64,000 nt of DNA, taken from assembly GCA_043228905.1 (NCBI GenBank), contig JBHGNT010000015.1, positions 6,758,001-6,822,000 on the forward strand, written 5' to 3'. The notes beneath the pieces were generated by a model. That model was not told the DNA's origin. It made no database searches and saw only the letters and a program-made list of their open reading frames with translations. A program made the translations under genes and the position numbers. Positions within the stretch are counted from its first letter, which is position 1, and each line of letters opens with the position of its first letter. The DNA comes from Azolla caroliniana (Eukaryota; Plantae; Polypodiophyta). This document shows, piece by piece, positions 1-12,637 of this stretch.

Positions 1-200
1 GAATCGGATGAGGAGTACTCGGCTACGGAGAGCCAGATGATACAAACCCGGTATGAACCGGATGAGGAGTACCCGGCTACGGAGAGCCGGATGATACAGA
101 CCCGGTATGAACCGGATGAGGAGTACCCGGCTATGGAGAGCCGGATGATACAGACCCGGTGAAGACCGGATGAGGAGTACCCGACTACGTAGAATCGGAT
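1..200 (+). repeat. 54-bp tandem repeat (about 3.5 copies) inside the LTR
   Basis: The unit GAACCGGATGAGGAGTACCCGGCTACGGAGAGCCGGATGATACAGACCCGGTAT starts at 1, 55, 109 and about 163. Confidence 0.9.
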
Positions 201-654
201 GAAGAGACATATTCGTAAATATGTTTCTGAGACTCCATCGAGGCTATATTTGTAAATAGCCGAAAAGTCATATTAGTATAAATATGACTTAGGGCAAACT
301 TTTAGTGTGTGTTGTTGTCATTTTGTTGGTGCAAGAAGTAGAGAGAGCACGTAACAGTGTATAGAGAGAGAGAGAGAGAAAGAGGTCGCTGCCTCTGTTG
401 TAACCGCCGCCTGTGGCGAAGATCGTGAGCACGAGGTCGTTGCCTCCGTGAACTCACTGTTTGTACATTCCAATGTAGTGATAGTTTGCAGCCTGTGGGC
501 TGCCGTGGTTTTTCCCTTAATTTTGGGTTTTCCACGTAAACATCCTGTGCACTCGTTTCTTCTTCGTGTTGTGCTTTATTTCCTGTTTTCTGTGTATGAT
601 TCTAAGCTCGGTTGTGGCCGAGCGTTGCGTATAAGGAGCGTTGAGTTCCCGTCA
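1..654 (+). mobile_element. LTR (3' part) of a copia group-A element, inserted into the 3' LTR of the neighbouring copia
   Basis: It shares the motif CCGTGGTTTTTCCC..GGGTTTTCCACGTAAA and CTCGGTTGTGGC with the LTRs at 12638-13048, 54610-54771 and 57009-57496. It ends in ...CA at 654, exactly where homology to the group-B LTR begins. Confidence 0.7.
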
Positions 655-3600
655 TTTATATATAGTTACCCTCTCTCTTCATTAACCAACTACAACAACC
701 ACTCTCTCTCTTGGGCAATGTGAAGACTCATAGTCATGGGGAATATGTAACTCATTAGTTATGTGTCATGGAATATGATTCTATGACACATAGTTAATGT
801 GTAGAGAGTAGTGGTGCGACTCTTAACCTTTGAGTAATCAGAGATTCTCAAAAGTTGTGTTCACACATTGCACTATGTTGAGCTTGATTCTCAACACGCC
901 CCCTCAAGCTTAACTCAGGTCGGTTCCTTTCGATTGATGTCCGCTATGGCTGGTATCCGGTTCGAACGGTATCCGGTTCTCGCTTGTACTCCCCCTCCAG
1001 CTTGGCAAGTCAGGTATCGTCAATCCGAGTTCTGACATGAATTACCGAAGCTTGTCGGCTCTTAGTGCCTTGGTGAAGATGTCGACTGCTTGAAGATTCG
1101 GGTCGCTGTGTAGAAGATCAACATCTCTGGCCTAAACACGCTCTCGAATGAAGTGGTAGTGCACTTCGATATGCTTTGTGCATGCTTGGAACACCGGGTT
1201 CCGAGCCAAATATATACTACTCATGTTGTTGCAGATAATGGGAGTCGGATGCTTGATGGGAACGCCTAGATCCTTCAAAATCCTCTTGAGCCATACGGCT
1301 TCCCATGCAGCTACAGTTGCGCCCCTATATTTCTCCTCCGTACTCGAAAGTGCGACAATAGGCTACTTCTTACTACTCTAAGATATTGCTCCGCTACCGA
1401 GTGAGAAGACAAATTCGGAGGTCAATCGTCCATCAGCTCTGTAGCCGGCCCAATCGGCATCCGTGTACCCTTCGAGCAGAATTTGTGTGGCCGATGCGTA
1501 GAGGATGTCATAATCCATTGTGCCACTCATGTATCATAATACTCTCTTAGCGCAATCGAAATGGACATTTCGCGGAGTTTGCATGAATTGGCTGAGGAGG
1601 CCAATCGGATAGTTGAGGTCGGGTCACATGATTGTGAGATAGATGAGGCTCCCGATCAATTGTCGATATTGAGTCAGCTCGCACTCGTCTGTGCCGGAGT
1701 CGGCATCTAGTTTGAGGTTTTGATCGAGAGGGGTTGCCACAGATTTGCAATCAACCATCCCGAACTTGTATAACAAGTTGAGGATGTAGTGCCTTTGAGA
1801 GATCATAATGCCAGTCGGAATCCGAATTACTTTGATTCCAAGGAAGTAATGAAGTTCCTTATGTCCATCATCTCGAATTTGTTGGAGAGGAAGGACTTCA
1901 CCTTGTGGATGTCAACTAAATGCTCACCTCCAATAACCAGATCAGCCATGTATAGGATGATGACATTCGAAAGCCGATTTGATGAAGATATTGCATAATC
2001 TTCGAATACCAAGAACGCGATGCTTGCTTAAGGCCGTAGAGTGGCTTCTGGAGTCGGCACACGACTTTCAGATGAGTACGTGATTCGGAGCCGGGTGGTT
2101 GTGCCATGTATACCTCCTCGAATTCGCCTTGAAGAAAGGCGTTCTTTACGTCCATGTGATGGAGGTGGCACCCTTTTGCTGACACAAGCACAATGATTGT
2201 CTAAACAGTCGTCATCTTTGCCACCGGGGCAAAGGTTTCCTCATAGTCGACTCTGTGTGTTTGTGCGTATCCTTTCGCTACAAGTCGAGCTTTGTAGTGG
2301 TTGACAGAGCCGTCGGCATTATACTTCACCTTGTAGATCCATCTACAACCGATCGTTTTCTTATGCGGTGAGTGGGGAACGAGATCGCATGTTTCGTTCT
2401 TGCAAAAGTGCCTGCATCTCCTCGTTCATTGCTTCGACCCATCGTGGGTCCTTCATGGATTCAGAAAAGGTTTCCAGCTCCCATACTGTTGCTACCTTCA
2501 TCATAAAGGCATAATGGTACGCCATATAATCATTGTGGCCGAATCGGCTTACAAGGTTATTTTCACAAGTGAATCGGCGGAGCTTCTCGTTTGCGGATAG
2601 TAAGGCTTTCTTCGCTCCATTTGTCCGGATGTCAAGGCCGTCGAACTCACTATCGAGGGAGTGACTCAATTCATTGTCGTCGAAGTGATCGTCTTCATAC
2701 TCCGGCATGTTCGCCTTCCCTTTGTCCAGCTTCGGACTCGGCTGAAATGTCCTTTGATCGCACGGAGGCTCTTGTGGCCACCTAAGCCTTGTTGTAATCG
2801 GGCTTTCTTCAAACATGTGTGTAAGGTGATCTTCATCTTCTATCTCTTGTTCGGCGGATTCCGGGTCAACCGGAATCGGAATCGAAGTTTTCTCTAGTGC
2901 GTACCAAGATGTGGACTCGTCGAAAACGACTTCTCAACTTACTCAAGATTTTCGAGTTGAGGGGTTATAGCACTTGTACCCCTTTTGCTCTTGTGAGTAT
3001 CCTATGAGTATACATTTCTCCAACTTTGGGTTGAGCTTTTGTCGCTTTTCATCAAGGATGTGCACATACGCAATGGAGCTGAATATCCAAACATGTGATA
3101 GATCTGGTTTCTTTCCGAAAAACTTCTCGTCCGGCGTGAGTTCATGCACGCCGGATTTCGTACACTGATTCATGAGATAGGCAACCATATTAGCTGCTTC
3201 CGCCCAATACGATTTTGGCATGTGCTTTTCGTTAAGCACAGCCTGTGCCACTTCGAGGATGTGTCGATTCATGCATTTGGCTACTCCATTCTGTTGTGGC
3301 GTATGTCGACACGAAATATTCTTTGCCTCCATCTGATCGAAGGCACCGTACATGTCTACTCGTAGCTTTTTCGACTCCACTCTTGAATTTTTGGAAGTGT
3401 CCGAACACTTCACTCTTTTGCCGCATCTGGTAGATCCAAGTGTGCCTAGAGAAGTCGTAGATAAATGTCATGTAGTATCGGCATCCGCCGAATGTCGCCA
3501 TTTGAGCCGGTCCCCATACATCAGAATGAATTACGTCGAGTATGCCTCTGCTTACATTCCTCTTCTTCAGAAATGGATTCCGATGTTGCTTGCCGAATTG

Positions 3601-5731
3601 GCAAGCTTCACATATGCCTTCAATCTCTCTCTCTTTGAAGGTCGGGAGTCTGATGACGACTCCTTTCCATTGCATCGCCTTGAGCTTTTGAAGGTTGATA
3701 TGGCCAATCCACTTGTGCCATAACTCTATGTCGGACTCGGCTTTCGTGCCTTTTGCGAACATGGCCGATTTCATCTCATGCAAGTCTAGAATGAACATTC
3801 AGCCCTCTCTTCATCTGCGGGCGATGAGTCGGCCCTCTTTTTCGATGAAGCAACCGCCTTGATTAAATCGAACTTGCATTCCTTGCTCTACAATTTGGCC
3901 GACAGAGACCAAATTCTTCATGATAGTTGGTACATGCAAGACATTTTGAATGTAAGTTTGCTTACCTTCTTTTCCGAACGGAACATTGCCAATGTGCCAA
4001 ATCGGGTGTGTAGTGTCGTCTCCAGTTTCGACATAGCCGGGTTAGTCTGGCTCTCGAAGTTCTTGGAACCATTCTTGATGCGACGTCATATGGTTTGAGG
4101 CACCCGAATCGACAAACCATAAGTCTTCCGGATTGGAGGCACTAGTAGAAGTTGAGGTCGACATAGAATTCGCTCTATGTCTCATTACAAATATTCCATT
4201 GTAGTCAGCGTACTCGGAGTCGGTGGCGTAATTGGTGAGTTGTCGACTAGTGGAAGCCGACTCGCGCATCTTCTTTCAGCACTCTTCTTCGCAGTGGCCA
4301 ACTTTGCTGCAATATCCGCTTTCGATTGAGGTTTGTTAGCTTGAACCGAAATGGTAGCTCCCCCTTCTTCCGAAGGTTCCTCGATGGCCTCCATCTTTTT
4401 GCAGCAATTGAGAGTTATTTTCGTACATCAGGCCTCGTCCGCCTCATCCTTGGCCGAATCGGGCTCTTCTTGCACGACCGCGTCCTCTTCCTCCGTCAGA
4501 ATGCGTGTAGAGCATGTGGCCTTCTGAGGCGTTGCTCCTTGTTCGAACATGATTTTCTTCGACCAACAACATGGATTGAAGATCCAAGAAGGAGGGTGGA
4601 TTCTCTCGTGCTAGTACGGCGATCCGCATCGCGCCGAACCGTGGTGCAAGGCCGCCGAGGCATATTTGCACCATTTCATCATCCTCCACATTGACGCTTA
4701 TTGAGCCGAGTGCATCACAAAGCTCCTTGATCTTCAAGGTGTAGCTTGTGATGTACATATCCCATTGTTGGATGTTGTTCAACTCTTGGCGGAGTTGAAG
4801 CTTTCTCGCGGTCATGTTGGCGGCGAAAATCTTTCATAGCGGCGTCTCGGCTTCTTGAATTTAGCCGAGCATGTGGTCTTGAACACATGTCGCCAAGCAA
4901 TACATCACTCGGCTTGCCGCTTGCTCCCATGTTGCGTAGTCGGCGTCTTTCGGGTCGGGTCAATTTTCTTGTGCTCCTTTGATGTAACCCCAATAGCCTT
5001 GGCCGACAAGGTACTGGTGCATCTTGTACTCCCAAGATGCAAAGTTGTTTCGATCTAGCTTCTCGTTAGGGATATCTCTCCCCATTTGAGTATTCATTGT
5101 CGATTAAGCTTCCTTTCTTCTTTTCCTTCTCTCTCGAACACGAGCTATGTAGTGGTACTATGATAGCGATGAGTCGGTTCTTCTTGAACGTCGACGTAGA
5201 GCACAACACACAATCACGATGAGGCGAGTGGGCCAGATGGAGCTACCAAATTGCTCTGATACCATGTAAAGAATCGATGGTGATTCTTTTGTGCAGGGGA
5301 ATAGATGTGCGTTATGTGAGTATATGTGTGAGAGAAAAAGACAGGAGACAAAAGAGAACTCAAGATAAATAAATGAGAGGAAAATAGAATACTCAAGAAG
5401 AAGATGTATATTTCACAAGTAGAATAAGATTTACAAAATGTAGCATAACAAGGAGTCACAACTAACTTAGTATGAAGTGTGAGGAGGGTGCTTTATATAT
5501 AGTCACCCTCTCTCTTCATTAACTAACTACAGCAACCACTCTCTCTTGGGGAATGTGAAGACTCATAGTCATGGGGAATATGTAACTCATTAGTTATGTG
5601 TCATAGAATATGATTCTATGACACATAGTTAATGTGTAGAGAGTAGTGGTGTGACTCTTGACCTTTGAGTAATCATAGATTCTCAAAAGTTGTGCTCACA
5701 CGTTGCACTATGTTGATCTTGATTCTCAACA
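655..5731 (-). mobile_element. Ty1/copia LTR retrotransposon (group B), degenerate
   Basis: 5' LTR 5265-5731, tRNA-iMet PBS 5253-5264 (TGGTATCAGAGC on minus), PPT next to 897, 3' LTR remnant 655-896. Fragments of gag (MHQYLVGQGYW), protease (WFVDSGASNHM), integrase (HSDVWGP, PQQNG), RT (HMDVKNAFLQG) and RNase H occur in copia order, broken by stops and frameshifts. Confidence 0.95.
5265..5731 (-). repeat. 5' LTR (467 bp) of the group-B copia
   Basis: It has TG...CA ends, matches 655-896, and belongs to the same family as the LTRs at 16874, 21365 and 25856. Confidence 0.9.
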
Positions 5732-6025
5732 ACAGATTCGGGAGCACTTCTCCGAAAAATAGTTGGAACAGATACACCTGCAACAATTTCTCAAACATGG
5801 CGAAGATAGGGTTTGGAGCATGACAATCCTAGAACAAGAGCAACTTCATCGAAAGGCTTTGTGGATCGACATCGAGTAGGTAACGATTTTTGTTTTAAAA
5901 GCAGAAAAGTCGTGTTAGTATTCCTAACACGAATGGGACAAATGCCCAAAAAACTCTGATTTCGGTGGACAGGGCCATGTTGGATAATCGGTGTCGAAAA
6001 TGGTACATTCAAGCATGGCACTCTG
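5732..6025 (+). mobile_element. Ty3/gypsy integrase C-terminal fragment
   Basis: Manual translation gives VLVFLTRMGQMPKKL*FRWTGPCWIIGVENGTF, resembling the GPY/F module (KL..RW.GP). Confidence 0.6.
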
Positions 6026-6624
6026 TTACCCAGAGAAAGTGGGGAAGAGTCGGAATCGGAGTCGGAGGTTCGGAGTCGAAGTCGAAGTCGGATCGAGGAA
6101 GAGGATCGATGAGTCATCATTTTGGTTAAATAATAATTAATACCGAAAAGTATAGTTAGTTACAAGTTTTGTAGTTCTTACCGATAGGGCAATATGTATT
6201 TCTTGATGAGGAAGTCATTGAGTTTGCCTATAAAAAGGAACCGAAGGCATTGTAAAATCTATAACACGTTCACATTCACAAGTGGAAGGATCGTGCATAA
6301 ATGGAAGGATAAGGAATATTTTGGTTGATTTTAGTACTTTTTCAATGATTTTACAAAACACATTGATACCAGTATCATACATGTTCAAATATACTATGAA
6401 AAAGGTTAAAAATCCACTATTTTCGTGATTTAAAAATAAATAAAAAAAGAGGAATTTCAAAACATTCTCAATTTATATCACAAACTTTACAACCAATGTT
6501 ATTTTATAAGAAATGATTTTTTAGAAATCATAAGAATTCAAAACACATGCTTTTATATTACTCGATTTGTTACAAGCGAAATGTAGTTACACTTAATAGC
6601 CAAAAATACATTCATGATCACTCC

Positions 6625-9458
6625 TTTACGGAGAATCACTACTATAACTAATATACAATGACAATTCCTCCTCGTCATCCTGGGATGTACCAATCACTGC
6701 ATTATCTTCGTCATAAACCAAATGGTTTGACTCTAGATTATATGTAGCAGATCTCGTTTGCCTTCGACTCGAGCCACCTTGTAGACCTGGTAATTTTTCT
6801 TTTATTATATCTATTGTTGACTTCCTTTATCATCCGGATTTTGTAAGCGTGAAGTCATACACGATGATATCCACATTAGAGATATCAAGGGTCGAGGTGT
6901 TACGAATGTTTCGCTTCCTCTTCCTACCTCCCCTTGTCGTTGGGCATTCAATCATCTCCAATGTATACTTACCCGTAAAAGCATTTGCACTTCTAGTGTT
7001 GTACTAATGAACGTTTATAGACTTGATCGTGTTTTCTATATCATGCATTAGCACTTCTAGAATTTTACCAACCCAAAATTGGTGGCCATGTGAGTTCTCA
7101 TCAGTCGGCGTTGCAATCAACATCCCCGCCGTGAGCTTTTGCAAATTGCCTTGCCATCTAGCTTCTACTGCTTTGGTCATCCTTGGTCCCACATAAATGT
7201 CTCTTTATTGTGGATGGACCAAACTATCATTAATCGCATTTGCTAGTTGCTCCGGAGTTTTATTTACATGATCATGTTGTAGCGACCATGTGAATGGCGT
7301 TTCCAAATTCCAATTATCACCAAATACACAATTGTCTATAATTCCTTTCTGATCACTAAAAAATACATCCCACCATGACATGTCTTGTTGTGCGGCATAT
7401 TTCTTTGCGGCCTCAATATGCTTTCTTTTTTCTTCTAAGGCTTGGAGCCATAATTGTTTTTGTTCCGATACCAAGTCACTATGCAATTGTCCTTTCTTCT
7501 CAATTGGCATTTGTTTAGCTCCATGGACAATTGTACTCGACATACAAAGTAATAACTGGCAACCACCTTTAGGTTCCCATGTTGTAGAAGATAAATATCG
7601 TTTAGCATACAAAAGCGTAGAACCACTTATTTCATTTTTCTTTATCATAAAAATATGATTGAAGCTTATATTGTTTAACTGGGCGAGCACTTTAACATTC
7701 CCAACACCCCCATCTGATATATATCTCTTAAATTCATATACCTCCTTCAAGTGTAACACTTTTGAGCGTGGTGATATGCATCACAAATGACATCAAATAG
7801 TTTTGGTAATGTGAAAGCATCATGCCAAGAAAACTGTCTGGAGAATGTGCTAAACATCTGATCTATATGATCATGTGTGTGGCCAACCAAAAGAAAATTG
7901 ACTTTCATTTTTCTAAACAATCATTGGTTGACCAACATACTTAGATAGCCAAACACAATTGAATTTTTGTTCTCTCTAGCAGTATTGTCCAATTGAATGT
8001 ATAGAACAGGGGGGAATGGTTAGCCCCAAGACATCAAAACTCGGTAGTATTGTCCAATTGAATGTATAGAACAGGGGGGAACGGTTAACCCCAAGACATC
8101 AAAACTCGGTGAATCAATTTAATTGTTAGGTTAGGGTCATTGTGAACATTGGGGTATGTAATGAAGACATGAGGTCCAACAAACCTATTATAAGCCAAGC
8201 ATCCCATCAAGTGCATTTGAACAAGGCAATCATCATTGATATCTTTGGGGAGCCTCCGCATATGCGGCAAGCACGTCTTCTTCTGGTCCATGCCATCTAT
8301 CATTAAGCACATGTATTGTTCGAGCCTCTTCAAACACTTCTCTCTATGATGCATCGCCTTCTTTCGTTCTAACAATTGTGCCTCACGATACTCCCGTAGT
8401 AACTTCTTACTCATATCCTTTTCCATTGATGTCTTTGCACCTTTAGCCAAACTTTTAAGATTTTGCAATACCCCATGCATTCTTTACGTGGAATGATAAC
8501 ATTTGAAAACTGAGCTCTCCATAATCTTGTGAATTGGCTATATGTGACAAATTTATTATGTGAGCCCACCATATCTGATCGATAGACATCATAAACTTCT
8601 CGACGTGTGTAATTATCAGAGAGGTGCATCCTACCTGTAGTGGGCATTACTTCACAATTTAACTGAAAGTAACTTTTCATTCAACCAATAGCATGTCTTC
8701 CAATTGCACCTTTCATACTTGGACCCTCTTTACAATTGAGCATCTGATCCCTGCTAAGTAAACGTTGTTGTACTCTATCTAGCCACATGTTACTAACACA
8801 TAACGCAATTTCGAATGCAACTCTACATATTTGTTGCGCATGGAAGATATAATACTCTAATGATACTTTGATCCCCATACATTTGTCAGACACTAGTTGC
8901 ATATGTGACCCGAGGTAAGTGTCTTGCTCATCACTAGTCATCAAAAAATAGTATCGCCTTAATTCTCGCAACTTTGATTTTCCAATCATAGACATACAAC
9001 CACAGGCACAACATATTTTGTTGACATCAAATCCAATCTGCTCATCTGATGTCACCAAGTTAAATCTAGCCAGACGAATTCTATGTGGGATTCTTCTAAT
9101 ATGCATAGGGCTTCCAGATTTCTCTTCCTGCATAGAAGTTGGGGTAACCTTGTTACAATCCAATTCTTTGTTGTGACCATCACCCATGATATTCGATGTT
9201 TCATTGGCACTACCTTCATTCTCCGTATCTTTATTAATATCATATTCTTCAATACAGAACTCTTCACATGTGTCATTATTCACATGTGGTGTAGGTGAAG
9301 ATGAGCTCAGACAATACTATTCGATAGAAATGGGTGAGTCTGTCGACAGACAATATTCTTCGATAGAAAATGGTGAGTCTGTCGACAGACAATACTCTTC
9401 GGTAGAAAATGAAGAGACTGATGTTTGCTTCAATCGAGAACGGTGAGTCTTCACTCAT
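6625..9458 (-). pseudogene. Sola-like (DUF7869-type) DDD transposase, disrupted
   Basis: Motifs CLMIDGMDQKK, PPVLYIQLDNTARENKN and FLLVGHTHDHIDQMFS; a Cys-rich N-terminal region (CCACGC..ICRVAF); and a C-terminal FWVGKI..VH*Y..DFTLTKSG domain. It has several stops and a 65-bp duplication at 7981-8110. Confidence 0.7.
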
Positions 9459-10387
9459 GGCTTAAGGTTCACACAAAGCTCTTCAAGTTATGTGCTTGGG
9501 CTAATATAAAAAACGGATAAGCTCCTCTCTAAACATAAACTCCTCTCTAAATAGAAGCTCCCTCAATATAATGTCTATATTATTTAATATTATAAATACA
9601 ATAAATAAAGATATTATTTTTGATATAATAATTTTATTCAACATATTAATAATTACTTAAACTAGTCAGTATAAAGTTGAATCAATTATATTTTATACCT
9701 TATTAATCTTATAATATATAATTTAAATTAAATTTACTTTAGCCATGAAGTATAATACAATTACAATCATTACCAAGCCATATATGTGTTGGTTTAAAGT
9801 TAAAATCATTGGTTTATTAATGGCACCCATATTTAATATAGAACTTCTCAATCATTGGTTCATTCATGCCCACCATTTTAAATATAAGCCTTGTCAATCA
9901 TTGGTTCATTCATGGGCACATCTTTAATACAAAACATTAGATAGTCATAAAAATGTTGCTTTGAGAATTCAATCATTGGTTCATTCATGAACCTCTATCA
10001 TTGTTTTCTTTATGACCTTCAAAGGCATTTTATGTTAGTTTAAGTATAAAATAATCATTAATATGTTAGTTTGAGTATGAAATCATTGATTCACTCATAA
10101 GCATCATTTAATTCAAATCCATTGGTACATTCAAGATTATGTACTAAATAAAGTATACTAAGGTCTAAGAAAAAAGTGTCTACGGTCAAAGAAACTCTTT
10201 CTTAGGTCTAACTAACTAACCTTAAGCTTACCAACCCTAGTTAAAGTAACTACCCTATAAATAGGAAGACCTCCTCATTTCACAATCACTCACGCGTAGA
10301 ACAGAGCACAAGAGCACACAGAGCACAAACAGCCCATAGCACGCAGCACCAAATCGTCATCTCCCCGTAAGCATCGACAAGAGAATC

Positions 10388-12335
10388 ATGTCTTCGAAGA
10401 AAATCCAGCGCCAAGAATCCAGGTAAGCGCTTGGCAGTACGGACATTTTTGTAAATATGTTTTAGCACTGAAGAACTCGATACGCCTTATCGAGTTCCTA
10501 TATAAAACACAAACTTTAAATAGGAATATTGTGTCTTTGGGGGAACAATTTGGTATATGTGTGAAAAGATACCAATTTTATGTCCAATTCAAACTTTTTA
10601 AGTGACATTTGCTACATTTTGTAACATTTAGCGGCCTTACTTTAAAAGGTTTTATGACCAATAATAGCTTAAAATAATAGAAAATAACCCACAAATTACC
10701 TTTATGATACCAAATTCAAGTCTATCGTATTAAAATTCTCAACAATATGGGATATGAAATCAATATAAGCCATACCTACCCTCCAATATGATACATATCC
10801 TTGTATAATTATTAAGATATATAATATTCGAAGTTGAAAAGGCCTTACTAAATTTAAATTCACAATAAAGGTCTATCATGTTCACAAAAACTATGATTGA
10901 TATTTAGAGTTTAGCACAAATCACTTGCTAGTTTTTGTCTTGGTCTACTTATGTATATTTTAATATGCAACCTTAATCTACGCAACCACCTAACTTATAT
11001 TTTCGCACGTCCTTTCTTAAATAGGTTGTTTGAGAACTTGTCAGACCGACCTGTGAAGAAAATAAAGCTCCGGATTGAGGGCTCTCCAATTGAGACCCAG
11101 AAACAAATAGTTCCTCAAAACATGAAGAGAGGAAAAAAGCTTCTCTTCAACGAGGAGACAAAATCTCAACCATCCGATGATGTTAGCCAAAAGAAAATGT
11201 TAGCTACTACTAGTGGTTACTACCTTCCTGACTGTGATCTAACGGATAAGGAATGGTGTATGTAGTATGTCGACTCCAAGAAAAAAGTTGTGTTGTATAC
11301 AGCAAAGAAGAAGAGCGACAGTCAGCTTGAAAATGACACCACATTTATGTATGGCCGTATTCTATGATTTGACTACGAAGATTTAGATTTAGCCAACATT
11401 CTTGTAATGATAGAGTGCTCGAAGGGGGTACGTATAGTGTACCTTTCTGAAGATCGACTAGTAAAGGAATCTTGTGGGCCAAAATCTTTTAAAAAAGATC
11501 TACAAAGTTCACAAAACCTTATTGTCACCTTGAGGCCTTATATACAAGGCCATGTAACTCTAAGGGAGCCATTTCCCTCCCAGTGAAGGCCCCGGAAAGG
11601 GCATCTAAAGTGCAATCAAGACCAGCAAAAAAGAAGACCACTAAATGTCGGACTTTGACTCATCAAGCTCAACCGAAGATGAGGACACTAGGGGGCACTA
11701 GGTGCTGAGCTGGCATCTGGCGTGTTGTCATCCGAGCAAAATAAGATACGGAGAGAGTTAATGCAGCGTAAATTGGTGAGAAAAGGGCAAGTGTTTAATT
11801 TGCCTATAAGACACATCCATTGACCCCCAATAGATGAAAAAATAGGACAAAGACCACTTGAGATCAGAGAGCCACATCGAATGCATGTTTAGAATCTCAA
11901 GAAAAAAATGAAAATAAATCTGCATGCTACAGTTGTGCCTTTCATTGTGATGGTAGATCACTAAGAATGTTCCACAACTGAGGACTTTGACGTGAGAAAG
12001 CATGATCAATACAATTACTTTGTAATTGGTGGATCACATTCGGTTGAGGCATGTCGGCAACTTGTTAGAGAGCACCCAATGACTTTCTTCGTCAAGTATG
12101 CCGAGTGCAAAATATACGTGGGCCTCACAACTGAAGAGGCAAAGCTTTTGGCATGGGACCACAACAACGACAACGACTATAGGCAAAAAATGTCATCTAT
12201 TGAATGGATAAGGTTCTTCCACCATGAATACCTAGACGTCAAACAAAACTTTGGTGTGAAGCTACACCTTGGCCTATGACGTCAATGCCTTCATGAGGTT
12301 GGCATTGTGGTGGATGATAATGTTAAGTCGAATGG
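10388..12335 (+). pseudogene. Spliced gene encoding a ParB/Sulfiredoxin-like domain, disrupted and 3'-truncated
   Basis: TATA near 10256. Exon 1 at 10388-10422 (GTAAG donor) splices in frame to 11025. Bases 11734-12279 read FNLPIRHIH*PP..RPLEIREPHRMHV*NLKKKMKINLHATVVPFIVMVD..YNYFVIGGSHSVEACRQL..KIYVGLTTEEAKLLAWDHN. Confidence 0.6.
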
Positions 12336-12339
12336 TCTT

Positions 12340-12625
12340 CGGAGCCCCCCCTTTGGCTTTCCAGAAGTGTTAGCAATTCTTTTGGAAATGCCCCAGTTTC
12401 CCAGAATAGAAACAGGTAGGATTCCCCCTCAACTTCGACCTCGTCCCCGACTTGTCCTAGTTCTGGCGACTTCTGTTCCAGCCTCTTCCCCGGTTAGTGT
12501 TGTCTTCCGTGACTAAGGTTTTCAGGTCGGTTCCAAACTTCTGGTCCTTTTGGCGAGCTTCTTCGTTTAGCAAAGTTGACTTCACTCTCTCTAGGGATAA
12601 GTGCTTCCCTTCCACTCCGGAATAT
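12340..12625 (-). mobile_element. Copia group-A gag fragment
   Basis: The minus strand reads like gag (KSTLLNEEARQK..SRGRG..GKLGHFQKNC) and resembles the gag at 55200-55440. Confidence 0.6.
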
Positions 12626-12637
12626 TAACATGAAATG

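Larger units (their letters stand above)
6026..12335. mobile_element. Two-gene DNA transposon (Sola-like transposase plus divergent ParB-like gene), right end truncated
   Basis: A GAGTCG-rich cluster at 6045-6100 abuts the gypsy fragment. The minus-strand transposase and the plus-strand spliced gene flank an AT-rich spacer. Termini and TSD were not established. Confidence 0.6.

Noticed and set aside
1-200. Regularly spaced repeats as a CRISPR array
   Set aside because: The 54-bp units are contiguous with no unique spacers, lie inside a plant LTR, and have no cas genes nearby.
900-5100. Numerous short plus-strand ORFs here, and minus-strand ORFs at 17600-25600 and 59700-63700
   Set aside because: They are antisense or off-frame shadows of copia gag-pol.
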